Assembly: GCF_006345805.1 (NCBI RefSeq)
Contig: NC_043000.1
Location: 84,072,001-84,136,000 of the forward strand
Direction of reading: 5' to 3'
Length of the DNA stretch: 64,000 nucleotides
DNA from: Octopus sinensis
Taxonomy: Eukaryota
Shown here: one piece after another, positions 26,555-40,654 of the stretch
Layout: each line of letters begins with the position of its first letter
Numbering within the stretch: position 1 is the first letter of the stretch
Notes under the pieces: generated by a model
What the model saw: only the letters and a program-made list of their open reading frames with translations
The model's database searches: none
What the model was told of the DNA's origin: nothing
Program-made: the position numbers and the translations under genes

Positions 26555-26720
26555 GACAGCGAGCTGGCAGAATCGTTAGTACTCTGGGTAAAATGCTTGA
26601 AGGGATTTTTATTTGGCTTTACGTTCTCACTTCAAATTCCACCGAGGTTAACTTTACCTATTATGCTTTGGGGGGTCCATGAAATAAGTACCAGTTAAAC
26701 ACTGGGGCCGATATAAGCGA
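26555..26720 (+). mobile_element. SINE family B (diverged)
   Basis: GCGAGCTGGCAGAATCGTTAG head and AAATAAGTACCAG module. Confidence 0.75.
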
Positions 26721-27444
26721 CAAGTGGAAAAAATGATATCATTATAATGTCAATGTACAACTAATATTCTTTATATAGCTCAACCCTAAACAGTTCTTAT
26801 TTGAAAATTACCTGTGTAGGAAATAACTCACCATCAAAATTCAAATCTTAAAAAGACTCAGACAATTCTCAGACAAGTTTAATATCTCGTTGGGACAGCC
26901 AAAACGTACAAAAGATTCCAAAAGTTCCGTTTCTAATTTCGGATATATATATATATATATATATATGTTGCTGCTTTTCTCAATAAGATCCCAGATCCAA
27001 AAGAAATCAATGACAACTAGCTCTTAGCTTAATAAAATATGAACATAAACATCACAGAAAATTCATATAAATTTTCAGCGACAGCTTCTTTCCCTTCGTG
27101 GATACTCAACAATATATTTTTGCAGAGTGCTAAATTTAATGATTTCCTTTGGGTTTGCTGTAAATTTCCCCCGCCATTGTGACAGCTTCTGCTAATAGAG
27201 ACTCATTGAAGAGAGATTCTGATTATTATTACAATTATCTACTTCTCACTCCTTTCATGCTTTGTCTTGCAACGCGTTTTCCGCTTCTTTACAAGTAGTC
27301 ACGGAATTAATAAATAACTTGTCTACCAACTATATTTTCCTTTTGTTATCGCACATCGCACATCTTTCTTCTTATTCCTTTTTGTAATATCACTTTAGTT
27401 TATCTTCCACATGAAATACAAAGATGAACAATAACTGTATATAT

Positions 27445-27516
<72 letters not shown>

Positions 27517-27580
27517 CATACATAGATACACACATATATACACATATTTGTGTGAATCTGTATATGTGTGTATATATATG

Positions 27581-27611
<31 letters not shown>

Positions 27612-27875
27612 ATGTGTGTGTGTGCGTGTGCGTATGTGTGTGTATGCGTGTGAGCGTATATGGGTATATGGTGCGTATACACACTCATTCGCATGTACAC
27701 AATGACACATATACGTGAATATGTATGAATATACATACAGGTAAGAAGAATGACAGTGAGGTAGAGTTATTGGATTTTATTGTTGGCAATTATCAACCAA
27801 ATACATTACGAAATAAATATAGCGTAAATAGTTTTATAAAAGTACACTTTAGCTTTTATCATTTATGCGCTTACA

Positions 27876-28080
27876 AAGGCGACGAGTTGGCCTGCTTGTC
27901 AGCGGCTCGGAAAGAAAAATGCTTTTTGTTCCCGATTTACTACGTTTTGAGTTCTAAATTCAACCATGTAGATTTTGCCTTTTATCCTTTCGGAGACGAT
28001 AAAAGTACAGGGAAAAGAACACTGTAATTGTCTTGCCTCTCCTCTAAAAATTTCCGTACTTGTTCCCTAATTAAAAAGTA
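27876..28080 (+). mobile_element. SINE family B (diverged)
   Basis: AAGGCGACGAGTTGG head and TTTGCCTTTTATCCTTTCGG module. Confidence 0.6.
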
Positions 28081-28224
28081 TAATTTATTTATTCATATCA
28101 GTGATTCTCAACCAGGATCCATACGGTTCCTGGGGCTCCATATAAGATTTAATTGTTAAAATTTGTACAATAAATTGCTTGTACATATAAAATACAGAAA
28201 ATATCTTAATTTATCATATACAAT

Positions 28225-30110
28225 TTCTTCATGGATGACGTAACGCTTCTATCTACAGATAAGCAAATCATGCAAAGTGTCCGCTTGAGACTAGACGAGC
28301 TTGTGAGGTGGACAAGGATGCAGTTTATAGCCAAAACGTTGCGTAGTCTGACATTTATTAACGGGGTGCAGAAAGAATTTAAGTTTCGAATAGCCGAAGA
28401 AAGCATTTCAACAGTCAAAGAAGAACCGGTCAAGAGCTTAGGGTGAGTAAATACTGGAAGATTGTCAGATAGGAGTCGCGGAATAGAAATTATGAAACAA
28501 GCCGAGGTTGGATTATCAGTGATTGATAACTCAAAGTTACTAGGTAAATACAAAATTTGGTGCTTACAGTTCAGCTTGTATCCGCGACTTTCTTGGCCAC
28601 TTTTAATATCCGAGATAGCATTCTTACAGCTTTGTTACAAAAATTTAATGTGTCCATTAGAAAGTGGCGAGGTCTGCCTCGGATGTTGAACAGTTTAGCT
28701 CTTTATCGTAAAGGAGGCTCGTTGCAGTTACCACTGGCTTCAATAGTCGAAATATATAAACTGGGGAAAATACGAACGGTGCTGATGGTGAGTGAGTCGA
28801 AGGACATGGAAATCAGGCGTAATCCACCAAAGTTGAAAGATACCAGGAAGTGGAAAACAGAAGCAGTGACTGATAATGTGTTATCTTACTGCGATATGGT
28901 GGGGGCAACGCAAAATCATCGGAAGGGACTTGGTTTTGGCGCAGATCAGTTCAGACCGTTTGCAAGAATGATGCGGATTGAACGCAGACCTTTTGTTAGC
29001 AACAGCGTCAAAAGCGAAGGAAACAGAGAGAAGAGAACTTCACTTGATCCAATGCATTCAACAAGGACAGATGAGAGATGGGAGGAACGAGATGGGGGGA
29101 ACAAGGACAGTTGACGAGATAGGAGGAAAATAAGTTGGGAGGAGATATGGAGGTGGACCACATCTCTGCTAAGTTTTCTGATTCGTTCGTCCTATGATGT
29201 TTTGCCATCACTTACAAATCTACTAAGATGGAACGTCTCAGAGAATGATATATTCAAATGGGAAAAGGCCGGAACACGGAAACATATTCTTTCCAACTAT
29301 TCATTAGCATTAAACAGGTATACATGGAGACATAACCTGGTCCTTAGGGTTATCTTCAATGCTATGAAGAACCAAATTGATCTCAACAACAGTAAAAAAA
29401 GACCGTTGAAAGTGCCAACTAGAGATTTCATTACCTTTGTGCGCTCAGGACAGCTGATTAGTTTCAAGAAGAACAAAAACAGACTTCCTGTGAGCGATGA
29501 AAAGTGAAACGGCTATTGGGAGGTGACTGCAGATTTACCAGAGTGCCAGGGACTCGTTCCCATCCCAGTCAGGAAACAAACGGACATTTTAATGTGGTGT
29601 GAAGGAAAGAAAGTTGTGAATCTATTCGAGTTAACGGTTCCTCATTAAGATAACATAGACGCTGTTCGGCTTCGAAAAAGTGACCGTTATGTAAACCTCC
29701 TCGAGTAATGTGAAGACGCAGGCTAGAAAGCGGAGCATTTTCCAATCGAAGTCTGATGTAGAGGGTTTGTTGGACACAGTGTGAGACGACTGTTGTTATT
29801 GCTAAGCCTAACTTATCGTAAAGAAAATATCACTATGACCGATATCCAAACTACAGTGGAAAAAGGTAGCCATTGGATTTAGTTAAAAAGAGACAATGAG
29901 TAATAGCTAGAAGAATATTGAGCTATATTTAATAACCAGTTTATCTAGCAAGCGGGGCCTCATATTAGTGAGGGGGAGCCGGTGCGCATTGATGCCGTCG
30001 AGAGGTAGGCCTTGAAACGGCGCGCATTCTCTTCTGATGACCCCATACACTTGCTGGCTTCCGGTATGTGGAGTTCTCGACTGGTAGCACTTGCATGTGC
30101 AAGTTGTTTG
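28225..30110 (+). mobile_element. 5'-truncated Hero-like (R2-group, RLE) retrotransposon pseudogene
   Basis: FMDD, VKEEPVKSLG, GKYKIWCLQFSLYPRLSWPLL, IRKWRGLPR..LQLPL, LIRSSYDVLPS, RYTWRHN.VL, ELTVP, PIEV*CRGFV, HWI*LKR; many frameshifts and stops. Confidence 0.85.
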
Positions 30111-30234
30111 CATGTATCTAATTATAAAAATAGGTAAGATTCTTTTTTCTGTAAGGTGAATCGCTAAGGAAATCCAATTGAGTTAAACTGGAATCAAAGG
30201 GATCCATAGGCAAAAAATGGTTGTTGGGGAGTAC

Positions 30235-30395
30235 ATGTACCCGTAACTTAGCGGTTAAGTCATCGAGAGTGATAAAATAAGTACCAGGCTCAAAAACAAT
30301 TAACCACTGTGGTAAATTTGTTCGACTAAAATTCTTTAAGGCGGTGCTCCAGCATGACTGCAGTCTAATAACTGAAACAAGTAAAAAAAAAAAGA
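30235..30395 (+). mobile_element. SINE family A, 3' part
   Basis: CCGTAACTTAGCGG..GGCGGTGCTCCAGCATG..ACTGAAACAAGTAAAA. Confidence 0.7.
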
Positions 30396-30656
30396 TAAAA
30401 CTATTGCCTGCCCAATGGCGATGTGTTTTTCCTTGTTTCCGCATCATAGAAGCTACATAGGGATCATTGATTTTTTTCAAAGTCATTGCATCATTAATTA
30501 ATAAAGGAAAAGCTCACGAGGTTAAAAGGCATAACAGACTTAGTAAATACCAATCGGAGACACCCAAAATCAGAAAAATATAACAGCAATTGGTGCCTAT
30601 AATGTTTGATAACGTGATTACATTGGAAATTTTTCCTGTTGATTCAAGACAGCATT

Positions 30657-30875
30657 AAGTCGGCGAGTTGGTAGAGTTGTTAAGCACGCCGGGAAAAATG
30701 GTTAGAGGAATTTCGTCGGTCTTTACATTCTGAGTTTGAAATTCTACCGAGGTCGACCCTGCCTTTCATCCCTTCGGGGTCGTTAAAATAAATACCAGTT
30801 GAACACTGGGGTCGATGTAATAGACTTACCTCCTTCCTCAGTATTTCTGGTCTTGTGCTAAAATTTGAAGCCAAT
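30657..30875 (+). mobile_element. SINE family B
   Basis: Aligns to 9247-9445. Confidence 0.8.
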
Positions 30876-31431
30876 TTAGACATCGCATTTAAATATGTCA
30901 TTTTCATATATTTTAAAAACATGTTACGTAAGCTACAGCTGCAATCATATCCCACTACAAACATCAGTTTCTAGCGTGTAGGAGTTTGTTGAGTCTGGTC
31001 ATACACTTCAGATCTTCACATTTACTATTCTGTATCTCTCAACCATTTTCTTAGAACTTCTTTCTTCACTCTTATCATTTGCTGTTGAATCTTTCTCACT
31101 TGAAGATTCTTTTGATAAAATGTTATTTCACTCTCGTATCAAAATATAGATCTATAAATTCCAGATCTCGTTTGTTAGATTACTACTATCGGATACAGTG
31201 TCTATTTTTTTAAAGTGAAGTTTTGCAAAATTATGTAAATAACGATCACATTTTTTAAAGTTATTTTCATCTCATCTTGACTGATTTTCTTTGTGATTCG
31301 AACAATCGTGTGCCCACTGTCACAGCTATAAAAAAATGAAGAAAGTTATTTCATTCGATTGCCATAACATATCTCAATAGCTTCTTGATACAAGAAAGTT
31401 TTTAATATTAATATTATTTACAAGGCTGAAT

Positions 31432-32650
31432 ATTATTTACAAAGCTAGCAGAATCGTAGTTCAAATTCCGCTGAAGTCGACTTTGCCTTTCATCCTTTCG
31501 GGATCGATTAAATAAGTACCAGTTACGCACTGGGGTCGATATAATCGACTTAATCCGTTTGTCTGTCCTTGTTTGTCCTCTCTGTGTTTAGCCCCTTGTG
31601 GGTAGTAAAGAAATAGGTATTTCGTCTGCCGTTACGTTCTAAGTTCAAATATCACCGAGGTCGACATTGCCTTTCACCCTTTCAGTGTCGATTAAATAAG
31701 TACCAGTTACGCACTGGGGTCGATGTAATCGACTTAATCCCTTTGTTCTTGTTTGGCCCCTCTATACTTAGCCTCCTGTGGGCAATAAAGAAATAAATAT
31801 TATTTCCAAGGCGGCGAGCTGGCAGAAACGTTAGCACGCCGGGCGAAATGCTTCGCAGTATTTCGTTTGTCTTTACGTTCTGAGTTCAAATTCCGCCGAG
31901 GTCGACTTTGCCTTTCATCCTTTCGGGATCGATGAAATAAGTACCAGTTACGCACTGGGATCGATATAATCGACTTAATCCGTTTGTCTGTCCTTGTTTG
32001 TCCTCTCTGTGTTTAGCCCCTTGTGGGTAGTAAAGAAACAGGCATTTCGTCCGTCTTTACGTTCTTAGTTCAAATTCCGCTGCTGTCGACTTTGACTTTC
32101 ATCCTCTCAAGGTCGATAAACTAAGTACCAGTTGAACACTTTGGTTGTTGTAACCAACTTACTCCCTCTCCTGCAATTGCTTCTTGCCTTGTGCCAAAAT
32201 TTGAAACCAATATTAAAGTTATTTCCAATGCGACGTGCTAGCAGACTCGTTAGCGAGTGGGAAAATGCTTTGCGACATTTTATCCGTCTTTTACTTTCAG
32301 ATTCCGCTGAGATCAACTTTGCTTTTCATCTTCTCGGAGACGATAAAATAATTACCAGTTGAATACTGGGGCCGGTGTAATCGAATTATTCCCTTCTCCG
32401 AAAGCGCTTCCCTGGTGCCAAACTTTGAAATCAGTATTAATATTCTTTTCTACTCTAGGCCCGAAATTTTGGGGGAGGGGCCAGTCGATTAGATCGACAC
32501 CAGTGCGTAACTAGTACTTATTTAATCAACCCCAAAAGGATGAAAGGCAAAGTTGACCTCGGCGGAATTTGAACTCAGAACGTAGCAGCAGACGAAATAC
32601 CGATAAGCATTTAGCCCGGCGTGCTAACGATTCAGCCAGCTCGCCGCCGC
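31432..32650. mobile_element. cluster of family B SINEs (tandem plus-strand units, last copy minus)
   Basis: The GCCTTTCATCCTTTCGG..AAGTACCAGTT module recurs about five times on the plus strand; 32445-32650 is a minus-strand copy. Confidence 0.85.
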
Positions 32651-34114
32651 TTATTAATATTATTTCTGCTAAATTTTATAAAGTAATGTTTCGTTTCTGA
32701 GAATCAAATAAATACTATTGATTGATCCAGGCGAGTTTTATATTTAACCTGTTGCTTCAGTAATGCTCAGAATAAGTGTATATTTTTGAATACCAGAATT
32801 ACACACATTGTTTTAGTTATCTTGTTTCTACTGTACTTTTTAAATGCAAACACACCCAACACACACACATACATACACACACATACACACATATACGTAC
32901 ATACATACGCATTCACACTTGCACGATTGCATGCACACACAAACACACACAAGATGGCGTACATATATACATATATGCATATATGTACGTGTGTACACAT
33001 ACACACACGAGCACAATCATATATACACATATATGCATATATGCACACACACACACATACACACTCTCTCTCTAACTCTCTCACACACACATACACACAC
33101 ACATACACATATATATGAAACTTTTCAGAATTCTCCTCTGATTTCATTCAGTAAGGTATTCCGTTCAGCAAATTTCATTAGAATTTTCGTTTAACTAAAC
33201 AACCAAATGTGAATTAGAAGTGAAACAAATATATCTTTTGTGTTTGTTCTCTCTAATTTGTGTAAATGTTAGTATAGAGTGGGTTTCTTTCTAGAGCAAT
33301 ACTCACTGGAAGATAAAAGGAAAACAACAAAAAAGTCATACAAACAATCAGCTAAATCTTTCCATCATTGATACATGAGCTCCTGGAAACTGAAATAATT
33401 TTGATTCCGAACCACTTATGTTTCGACCAGAACATCGTGGCTCTTTAGATTTGTCACTTGATTTGTTAAGGATGCCGTGTAGTGGAGAGATAATGGAGTG
33501 TTGCAAGCCTATTTGAAGCAGGTGATATCTGAACCATTGGAGAAATGGTAATTAGATTTTTTTAACGCTTTCAACATTATCCGTTATGACAAACTACTAC
33601 TGATGCTTCTGTTGGAAAAAAAAGTCACACGTAGGCAAAGTTCCTACACGTCAAGTGTATTTTATTAGCTTCTTTTTTTTCATCTGAAATATTTCAACGC
33701 GAATGATGTTTTTCCTTTAAATTTGCTTCGTCTTCCTCATTTGGTTTTTGCATGCACTTATTTCTTTTATCTAGTTTGATGCAACTGTGCATATATATGC
33801 TTGTATATACATATATATATATATAATTATACATACACATATATTTGTATATATGTGCGTATGTATATCTGCATATGAATGTCACTATTTGCTTTTGTGT
33901 TCGTGTGTGTTTGCCTAAGTCTTTATTTATAAACGTAAGGCAAACTCTTGCAGATGTAAGCATGAATTTAGTAATATATACAATAGGCACATACATATAC
34001 ATGCATTCATATCTCCATAAAACATATGAATACACACAAAAGCACGCTTATATGTGTGTTTCTATTAACAAGTTCATGTTGCGTGTGTGTGTGTTAATAT
34101 AATATACATATTGG

Positions 34115-34178
<64 letters not shown>

Positions 34179-35002
34179 CAGGGGAGAGAGCATAAACCTG
34201 TAAATACAAATTCATTAATCTTCATATTGTCTCACTTTCACGATGCTATCCTTTAGATGTTGAATAACATATATAGTGGCGTATTTTTCTTTCGGCACCA
34301 ATTGTTCCACTGTAACACTCTCTCAACCCATCAACTATTTATATTTCTAGATAATTTAACACCTCTCAACGAATTTAGGCATCTATCAGTCATTTTCTGC
34401 GCTTATTAGTTACTAAGTATTGATCTATTTCGCGATAACAAATATTCGAGAGGACAATTACTGTCCCATGCAGGCAAGAAACAATTTGATTGCTTTTTGG
34501 TTGTTTTTTTTTTAATGATAAGTTAAGCCATTACTTCAGATGGAGAATAAAAAATAAATAAATGTAAGTGATATTTACCCTATTGTTCGTCGTCTCGAGT
34601 TCGAAGTTTCGAGTTTAACAATGTTCGGCAAATGAAGTATGTTCCTGAAGAACGATACTGTTGAACATGTTAGATATTTCTGCTCCTTGTGACACAACGA
34701 TATACTCATATTTTGCTCCAATTTTTTATTACTCGTCAAGCATTTAACGTGTCCATAACAGCCCCAAATATTCTATCTGTTTTATGCACAAACCGGCCAG
34801 ATCTGGCCTATCACACCAACCTTATAAAGTCCTTCTACAAAATCAATTGCATCATCAAAATCTCTAAGCTATGGGATAATGCATAATTAAATTCAAAACA
34901 ATGTGAATAAATAAGTATTACATTTTATTTACTAATGTGAACACCAAAGTAACACACAGGGAATAAAGAGCCAAGTCGACACTAGTTGAAACTATTTTGC
35001 TG

Positions 35003-35233
35003 AAAGGCGGCGAGCAGGCACAGACGTTAGCACGCTGGGCGAAGAGCTTCGCGGTATCTCGCATGTCGCTACGTTCTGAGTTCAAATTTCGCCGAGGTCG
35101 ACTTTGCCTTTCATCCTTTCGGGGTTGAAAAATTAAGTACTAGTTACGCACTGGGGTCGATATAATCGACTTAATCCCTTTGTCTGTCCTTGTTTGTCCC
35201 CTCTATGTTTAGCCCCTTGTGGGTAATAAAGAA
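35003..35233 (+). mobile_element. SINE family B
   Basis: Full head to tail; GAAACTATTTTGCTGAA occurs on both sides as a probable TSD. Confidence 0.88.
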
Positions 35234-36039
35234 ACGGAAACTATTTTGCTGAACAACCAGATTAACGAGCGTAAGGCATTCAGTGTTCTACTGTTTCTAA
35301 CAACTTGAAGTTATTTAAGTTTCTTTGATAAAAGTCAGATATTGTTTGACTAGAGACAATTCTATGGATCACAGTCATTTACTTTATCGATTAATAATGT
35401 TTGAAAGGTAAAATTGTCTCGGGAGGATGGATTTGAACTGTGAACAAAGAGAGAAACTAAATCTTTCAAGACATTTAGCTTGGCATGTTACTGCTTTCTC
35501 AGTCCCTATAACTAAATATTTCTATTGACTAGACGATCGAAGAGTGAGATTTGATAGTCATATTTTTGCAAGATTAATAACATAACGAAAGTAAAATAAC
35601 TTAAAACAGGAACCGTTAACGCAGAATATTTACTAACTATACAATGATTTATTATTTTATATACTATTATACATATTATATACTATATTTATTATAGTAT
35701 TATTATCATAGTATCACTTACTAAATGATTTATAATATATTATTTATTGTAATATAGTATCACTCACATAGTTTTAGTAACTAAACTAAATTAAAGTGTT
35801 ATTGACTTAATGATGATTTTCATTTTTTATATGTTACTATATGGCTATTGCTAATTAAAGGATTATTTATTATATCTTATATATTACTATATATATATTT
35901 ATTATATGCCCAAACATATTTGCAAGGAAAAGTCAGTATCGATTGCTTCGTGACTGACCTTTCCTTACAAATGTGTGGCCTTGTGAATATATAAGAAACA
36001 TACTGTCATATATATGCATTATTACAGTATATATTTCGT

Positions 36040-37000
36040 ATTTGCTGGAGATGAAATATAAAACTGAAGAGCTGAAACAAGAAATCGAACTCAACATTCT
36101 CAACCTGAATACAGAGCAACAAACAGTTTACGATTATGTTGTCATGTTAGTCGTTGGAAAACGTGGGCAACTGAACGGTTTCGATTTTCCAAGGAAGAAT
36201 TCCGCTAAGGTCGACTTTTCCTTCCATCCTTTCGGGGTCGATAAATTAAGTACCAGTTGTGTACTGGGGTCGATCTAATCGACTGGCCGCCTCCCCAAAA
36301 ATTTCCGGCCTTGTGCCTAGAGTAGAAAAGAATATTCTAAAGGAAGAAGAAAAGTGTTTGTCAACAATAATTATCTAATTGCGATACAAAAGCAAGATCG
36401 CACTTGGAACTGCAAAATTAGGAATTATTGCAACATCTCTACTTAATGCCTAACCGTAGATTGTAGCTTCAAAAATCTTTAAAATTAAATGGGCAGCAAA
36501 ACTGTAAAATATTCTTTTCTACCCCAGCCACAAGGCACGAAAATGATACTTAATAATGATGAAGCACATCTTTATCCAACTAAACTTTTAAATATAATTT
36601 CAGTGCTCATCACTGATTGCTTCTCAAACAATGTGCAACTGTTATACTTCTTCGAAATTTTGATGTAGCTAATGTTCATTGCAATTGGACAATATGTATT
36701 ATTAAAAGTATCAGAAGAACAGTTATTTACACTGATATTGCTTCTACTGCTCATAAAATCAGTGGTTTCATCAAGTGATCATACACTGTCATTTAAAATG
36801 CAAGGGTATCAATTACCTCTCAAACTATCCTTTGGTGGGACAATCCACAAAGGTAAAGTTGGTATCTACTTAAAGAACAACGATTGCTTCTCTGGTGATC
36901 AACTTTATGTGGCTATATTCAAAGTCTGAAATTCGAGTGAACTTAGCATTACGGCTAAAATCGACAATGAAGATGGTTCTTTCACAGAAAATGTTGCGTT
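36040..37000 (+). mobile_element. Helitron Pif1-like helicase remnant, interrupted by a family B SINE fragment at 36196-36335
   Basis: LNTEQQTVYDYV, SKIALGTAKLGIIATSL, QLPLKLSFGGTIHK and CFSGDQLYVAIFKV match the Helitron helicase motifs LN.EQ, ASSGIAATLL, QFP..L.FA.TINK and FSHGQLYVA.SRV. Confidence 0.75.
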
Positions 37001-38719
37001 TAAATACATCACGTTAGTATAATATACTGTATAATATACTGTATAATATACAGAAATGTGTTATACAGTCTTTTTCTGATATAACATAACGTTAATATTA
37101 AAAACAATGATTCAGTTTAAATATATGCTGCAGATCACTCGAATAACAGGTGACATTATTTGGAACAACAAAATCCCAGTAACTTGTGAGCCACTTTGGC
37201 TATAAAATACAAAATACAAAAGCACCCACCCCTTAGTTTCTTAGCTCTCGACTTGACATGATAAGGCCATCTATCATAATTCTTTCTAGTAGATCTCCAC
37301 TGAAGGTAGCTTATAGTCAGCCGTTTTTACTTTACCTTTTCACTTGTCTTAAATAAGAAAAATATGTAGTTGAATGGAAAAGCAATTTGTCGTGATCATT
37401 ATTGTACTTGATTATAACATGTATGTTAATTTCACCTCTATTTATTCAAAGTATTATCAACTGGCACTACGTGTGACAATCAATAAGCATTTATTCAAAC
37501 CAGTATGTACCTCACTGTTGTCTATATCACATAAATTACACAACTGACTTGTTAAAACATGAACACAACTATATAGATTCCTACAAACACATTTCTGTAA
37601 ACAGTATGATATTATTAATGTCTTAATTTGAAACTTGTTATATTTCTCTGTATGCATTGCTGTCCATTATCAAACCGGTACTTTCACAATATCTGAAACA
37701 ATAAGTGCTGTTTTATAGCTTTACGTTATTGAACAATTCAGACCGGAAGAGGTCAATACCTCTGGTTGTAAGTTGGACATTAAAGGGAAGCTGACATATA
37801 ATGATTTTTTATGTCGTTATTCTCACTCATATATTTTCACTCATCGTGTCATTTCAACTCTAGAGCTGTTGTATACAGATAAAGCAATATAAGTCATTTG
37901 AAAGATCAATTAAGATGTGAAACAAGAATGCCCATTCATATTCCATTTTCTTCATCGTTAGTATGGCTATTAGGGGAATATATACATTCGTGTGCGTGCG
38001 CGCGCGTGTGTGCATTTGTACATGTATATATGTATATAAGTATATATATATATGGGACATGCCGCCGAGGTAGGCAAGGTAAGCAGTGCCTACCTTGAAT
38101 AAAATAGATCGATAGCAGCATTTTCTTTTTATGACAAAATATGCACCTAATTCAATAAAATTATGAAGGTTATTCTGATTACTATACATAAAATGCAAAA
38201 TATTTTTTTTTTGTAGATTAGGTAGGCATAATTCGTCCCTGCCTTTCAATCTCAGTATTTAAGCTATGCATAGTACTGCTGTAGTATACGTGCTGCATAC
38301 ACTCCTACAACACCGTTTTCTTTACGTCCTATAAAGGCAGAAGTAAATCTGCCTTCAACTCAGTCACGCGCCTGTGTTTCTCTTATTTTTTGTGTGTTTT
38401 ACTATATAAAGGGCGCCAACTGCCTATCCTGAGTAATTACTTACGGCACGTGCTGGTATATATGTACATCTATATAGGTATACATGGCTACACACATACA
38501 TATATACATATACGCACACATGCACGCACGTGAATACACACACAAGCACACGCAAAAACATATATATACACACACACATATATAGAGAGAGGTTATGAGA
38601 GGTAATGGTGTCAATAAGACCCACAGGTGTCAGGTAATGCTGAGTAAGTGCTATGGAGAGACCATAGTTAAGCTCCAGATTCGGTGATCATGTGAATAAG
38701 GAGTCCAACATAGGTTATA

Positions 38720-39520
38720 TATTAGTATGTGTATATATAAATTTTTTTCAGAATGAGATAAAAAACCAAGGCTGTGAAGAATTTAGAACATTTATAAATA
38801 GAATGTCTTACAGCTGTTTCCGGGATATTTTATACATCCCTTCATCGGAGACGGTGTGAGAAAATGGTTAAGCAATAGTTGACTTAGATAAGATATGAAA
38901 TAGACAGTGAAGTGGAGGAATGAAAACAGATGTGAGATATGCAGGGATATCATTTGTAGATCCATTATTTAGGCAGAATGGTATACATATAAGATTCCAA
39001 TACCTTATGAGTAAATTCCAATAGTATTTAAAATTGGTCATTCCAAGTATAGAGTTTGTACACAGTACTATTGAATCGAGGGTTTATTTAAAGTAGGGAA
39101 TGTATTTGTAAGGTCAAATCGAAAACAGGAAGAGAGGAATAAAGAAAAAAAGAAAAGCAAGGAGAGAGATAGTAAAGAGATGAAGAGAGGGAAAATGTAC
39201 CAGTTAGTGGTCAGTTAAGATAAATTGATAGTAGGAATGGGGAGGTGAGGGTAATAGAGAGAGAAAGATATGAGAGTGTAAAAGGATGAAATGGTAAAGA
39301 GTAAAGGAGTATCAGATAGAAGGAAAGGTGGGGTAATAGAGAGAGAGGTATAATAGTGTAAAAAGAAAAGGAGTGTCAGGTATGTAGTGATAGAGCTTAA
39401 GTGATGGGGGAGAGAGGGGGTAGTGATAGTAATATGGTGTAATGAAGAATTTGGGAATATAGATTATGTTGGTTGGACAGGTCACTGCTTAGTAGTAGAA
39501 AATATATATGTGAAGATGTA
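38720..39520 (-). mobile_element. probable Penelope-like 3' UTR / pseudo-LTR remnant
   Basis: Long pyrimidine-rich minus strand ending in a hammerhead motif; no ORF. Confidence 0.45.
38805..38852 (-). ncRNA. type I minimal hammerhead ribozyme motif, CCGAUGA core
   Basis: GTCT-CCGATGA-A-GGGATGT-ATAAA-ATATCCC-G-GAAA-CAGCTG-TA-AGAC; palindromic stem III. Confidence 0.7.
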
Positions 39521-40184
39521 TAGAGATGTAAATATAAAACATGAATATATATATATATATATTTATACAGATATTTATACATATCAACATCTACACATAC
39601 AACTCGTACTCATATGTATATGTACATATGTATACCTACTTTTGGGATGGAGATAACGAAAACAATGTATGTATGTATGTATGTATCGAAGGCTTCCATC
39701 GTTCTGGTGCAAATCTCCCCTCTCAAAGCCACTGACGTTGTCCAGACGAAAAACAAGACATGGATTGACACAGCACTGCATGAGTATCACCGCTGGTGTT
39801 GCTCTCAGAAAGCAAATCGTTCTGCCAATCAGTTACACCGGACTGATCTTTTTTTCTTATCTCACACCATCGAAAGATGAAAGATAAGTTGGTCTCAGTA
39901 GGAACTGAACTCCGAGCACAGAAAACCGGAAAATATACCATAAAGTAAAATAATTAAAATACAGTTAACCAAGCTATCGAGACGGATACCTCTCAAAAAT
40001 ATAAAACTACCAGCACTTGTGTGAAAGACACGAACTGCAAGAGAAGCAGTAACATTTTGATGACATAAAAAGACAGAATCAATTAGGTAGTCACACCATG
40101 TTGAACATTATTCAATTATTATACGTACATATGTGCATACATTGGTACATATATGTAGACAAACGTATGTACATGAAGACATAT

Positions 40185-40257
<73 letters not shown>

Positions 40258-40258
<1 letters not shown>

Positions 40259-40651
40259 TAGCAGTATCGCCCGGCGTTGCTCGGGTTGTAAGGGAAATAA
40301 CTATATAAGCATTTTTAGAGAGTTATAGCCAAAAAATAGCAAAAAAATGCATTAAAAATTGAAAAAAAATTAAGGTAAATTTTTTTTAAATCGTTGACAC
40401 ATCGTAGATCTTTTTAGAGAGTTACTTCCCTTATATAAAAGCGAAAAAAATGCATTAAAATGGAAAAATATGATGGTAAATTTTTTTAAAATCGTAGACT
40501 CATCGTAGACGCGCGCTAATACCCAGAAGGGCTCGATATGAATCACGACTATAAGATACCCGCTTTTGGTTAAACTGCACCGCAAAATGTGGGAGTAGTT
40601 ACGAATCTAAATCGTAGGAGACAGACACACAACTTCACTCTTATATAAAGA
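40258..40651 (-). mobile_element. complete non-autonomous Helitron
   Basis: Minus strand begins TC, ends with the hairpin CCCGAGCAACGCCGGG followed by CTAG, and sits between host A and T. Confidence 0.85.
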
Positions 40652-40654
40652 TGC

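Noticed and set aside
29985-30045. GAAAC and CTGATGA in the Hero 3' UTR
   Set aside because: The required hammerhead stems cannot be formed.
31458-32215. Regularly spaced direct repeats suggesting a CRISPR-like array
   Set aside because: The units are whole SINE bodies without unique spacers, in a eukaryotic context with no cas genes.
34640-34675. CTGAAGA..GAACATGTT hammerhead-like words
   Set aside because: GAAA is incomplete and there is no stem I.
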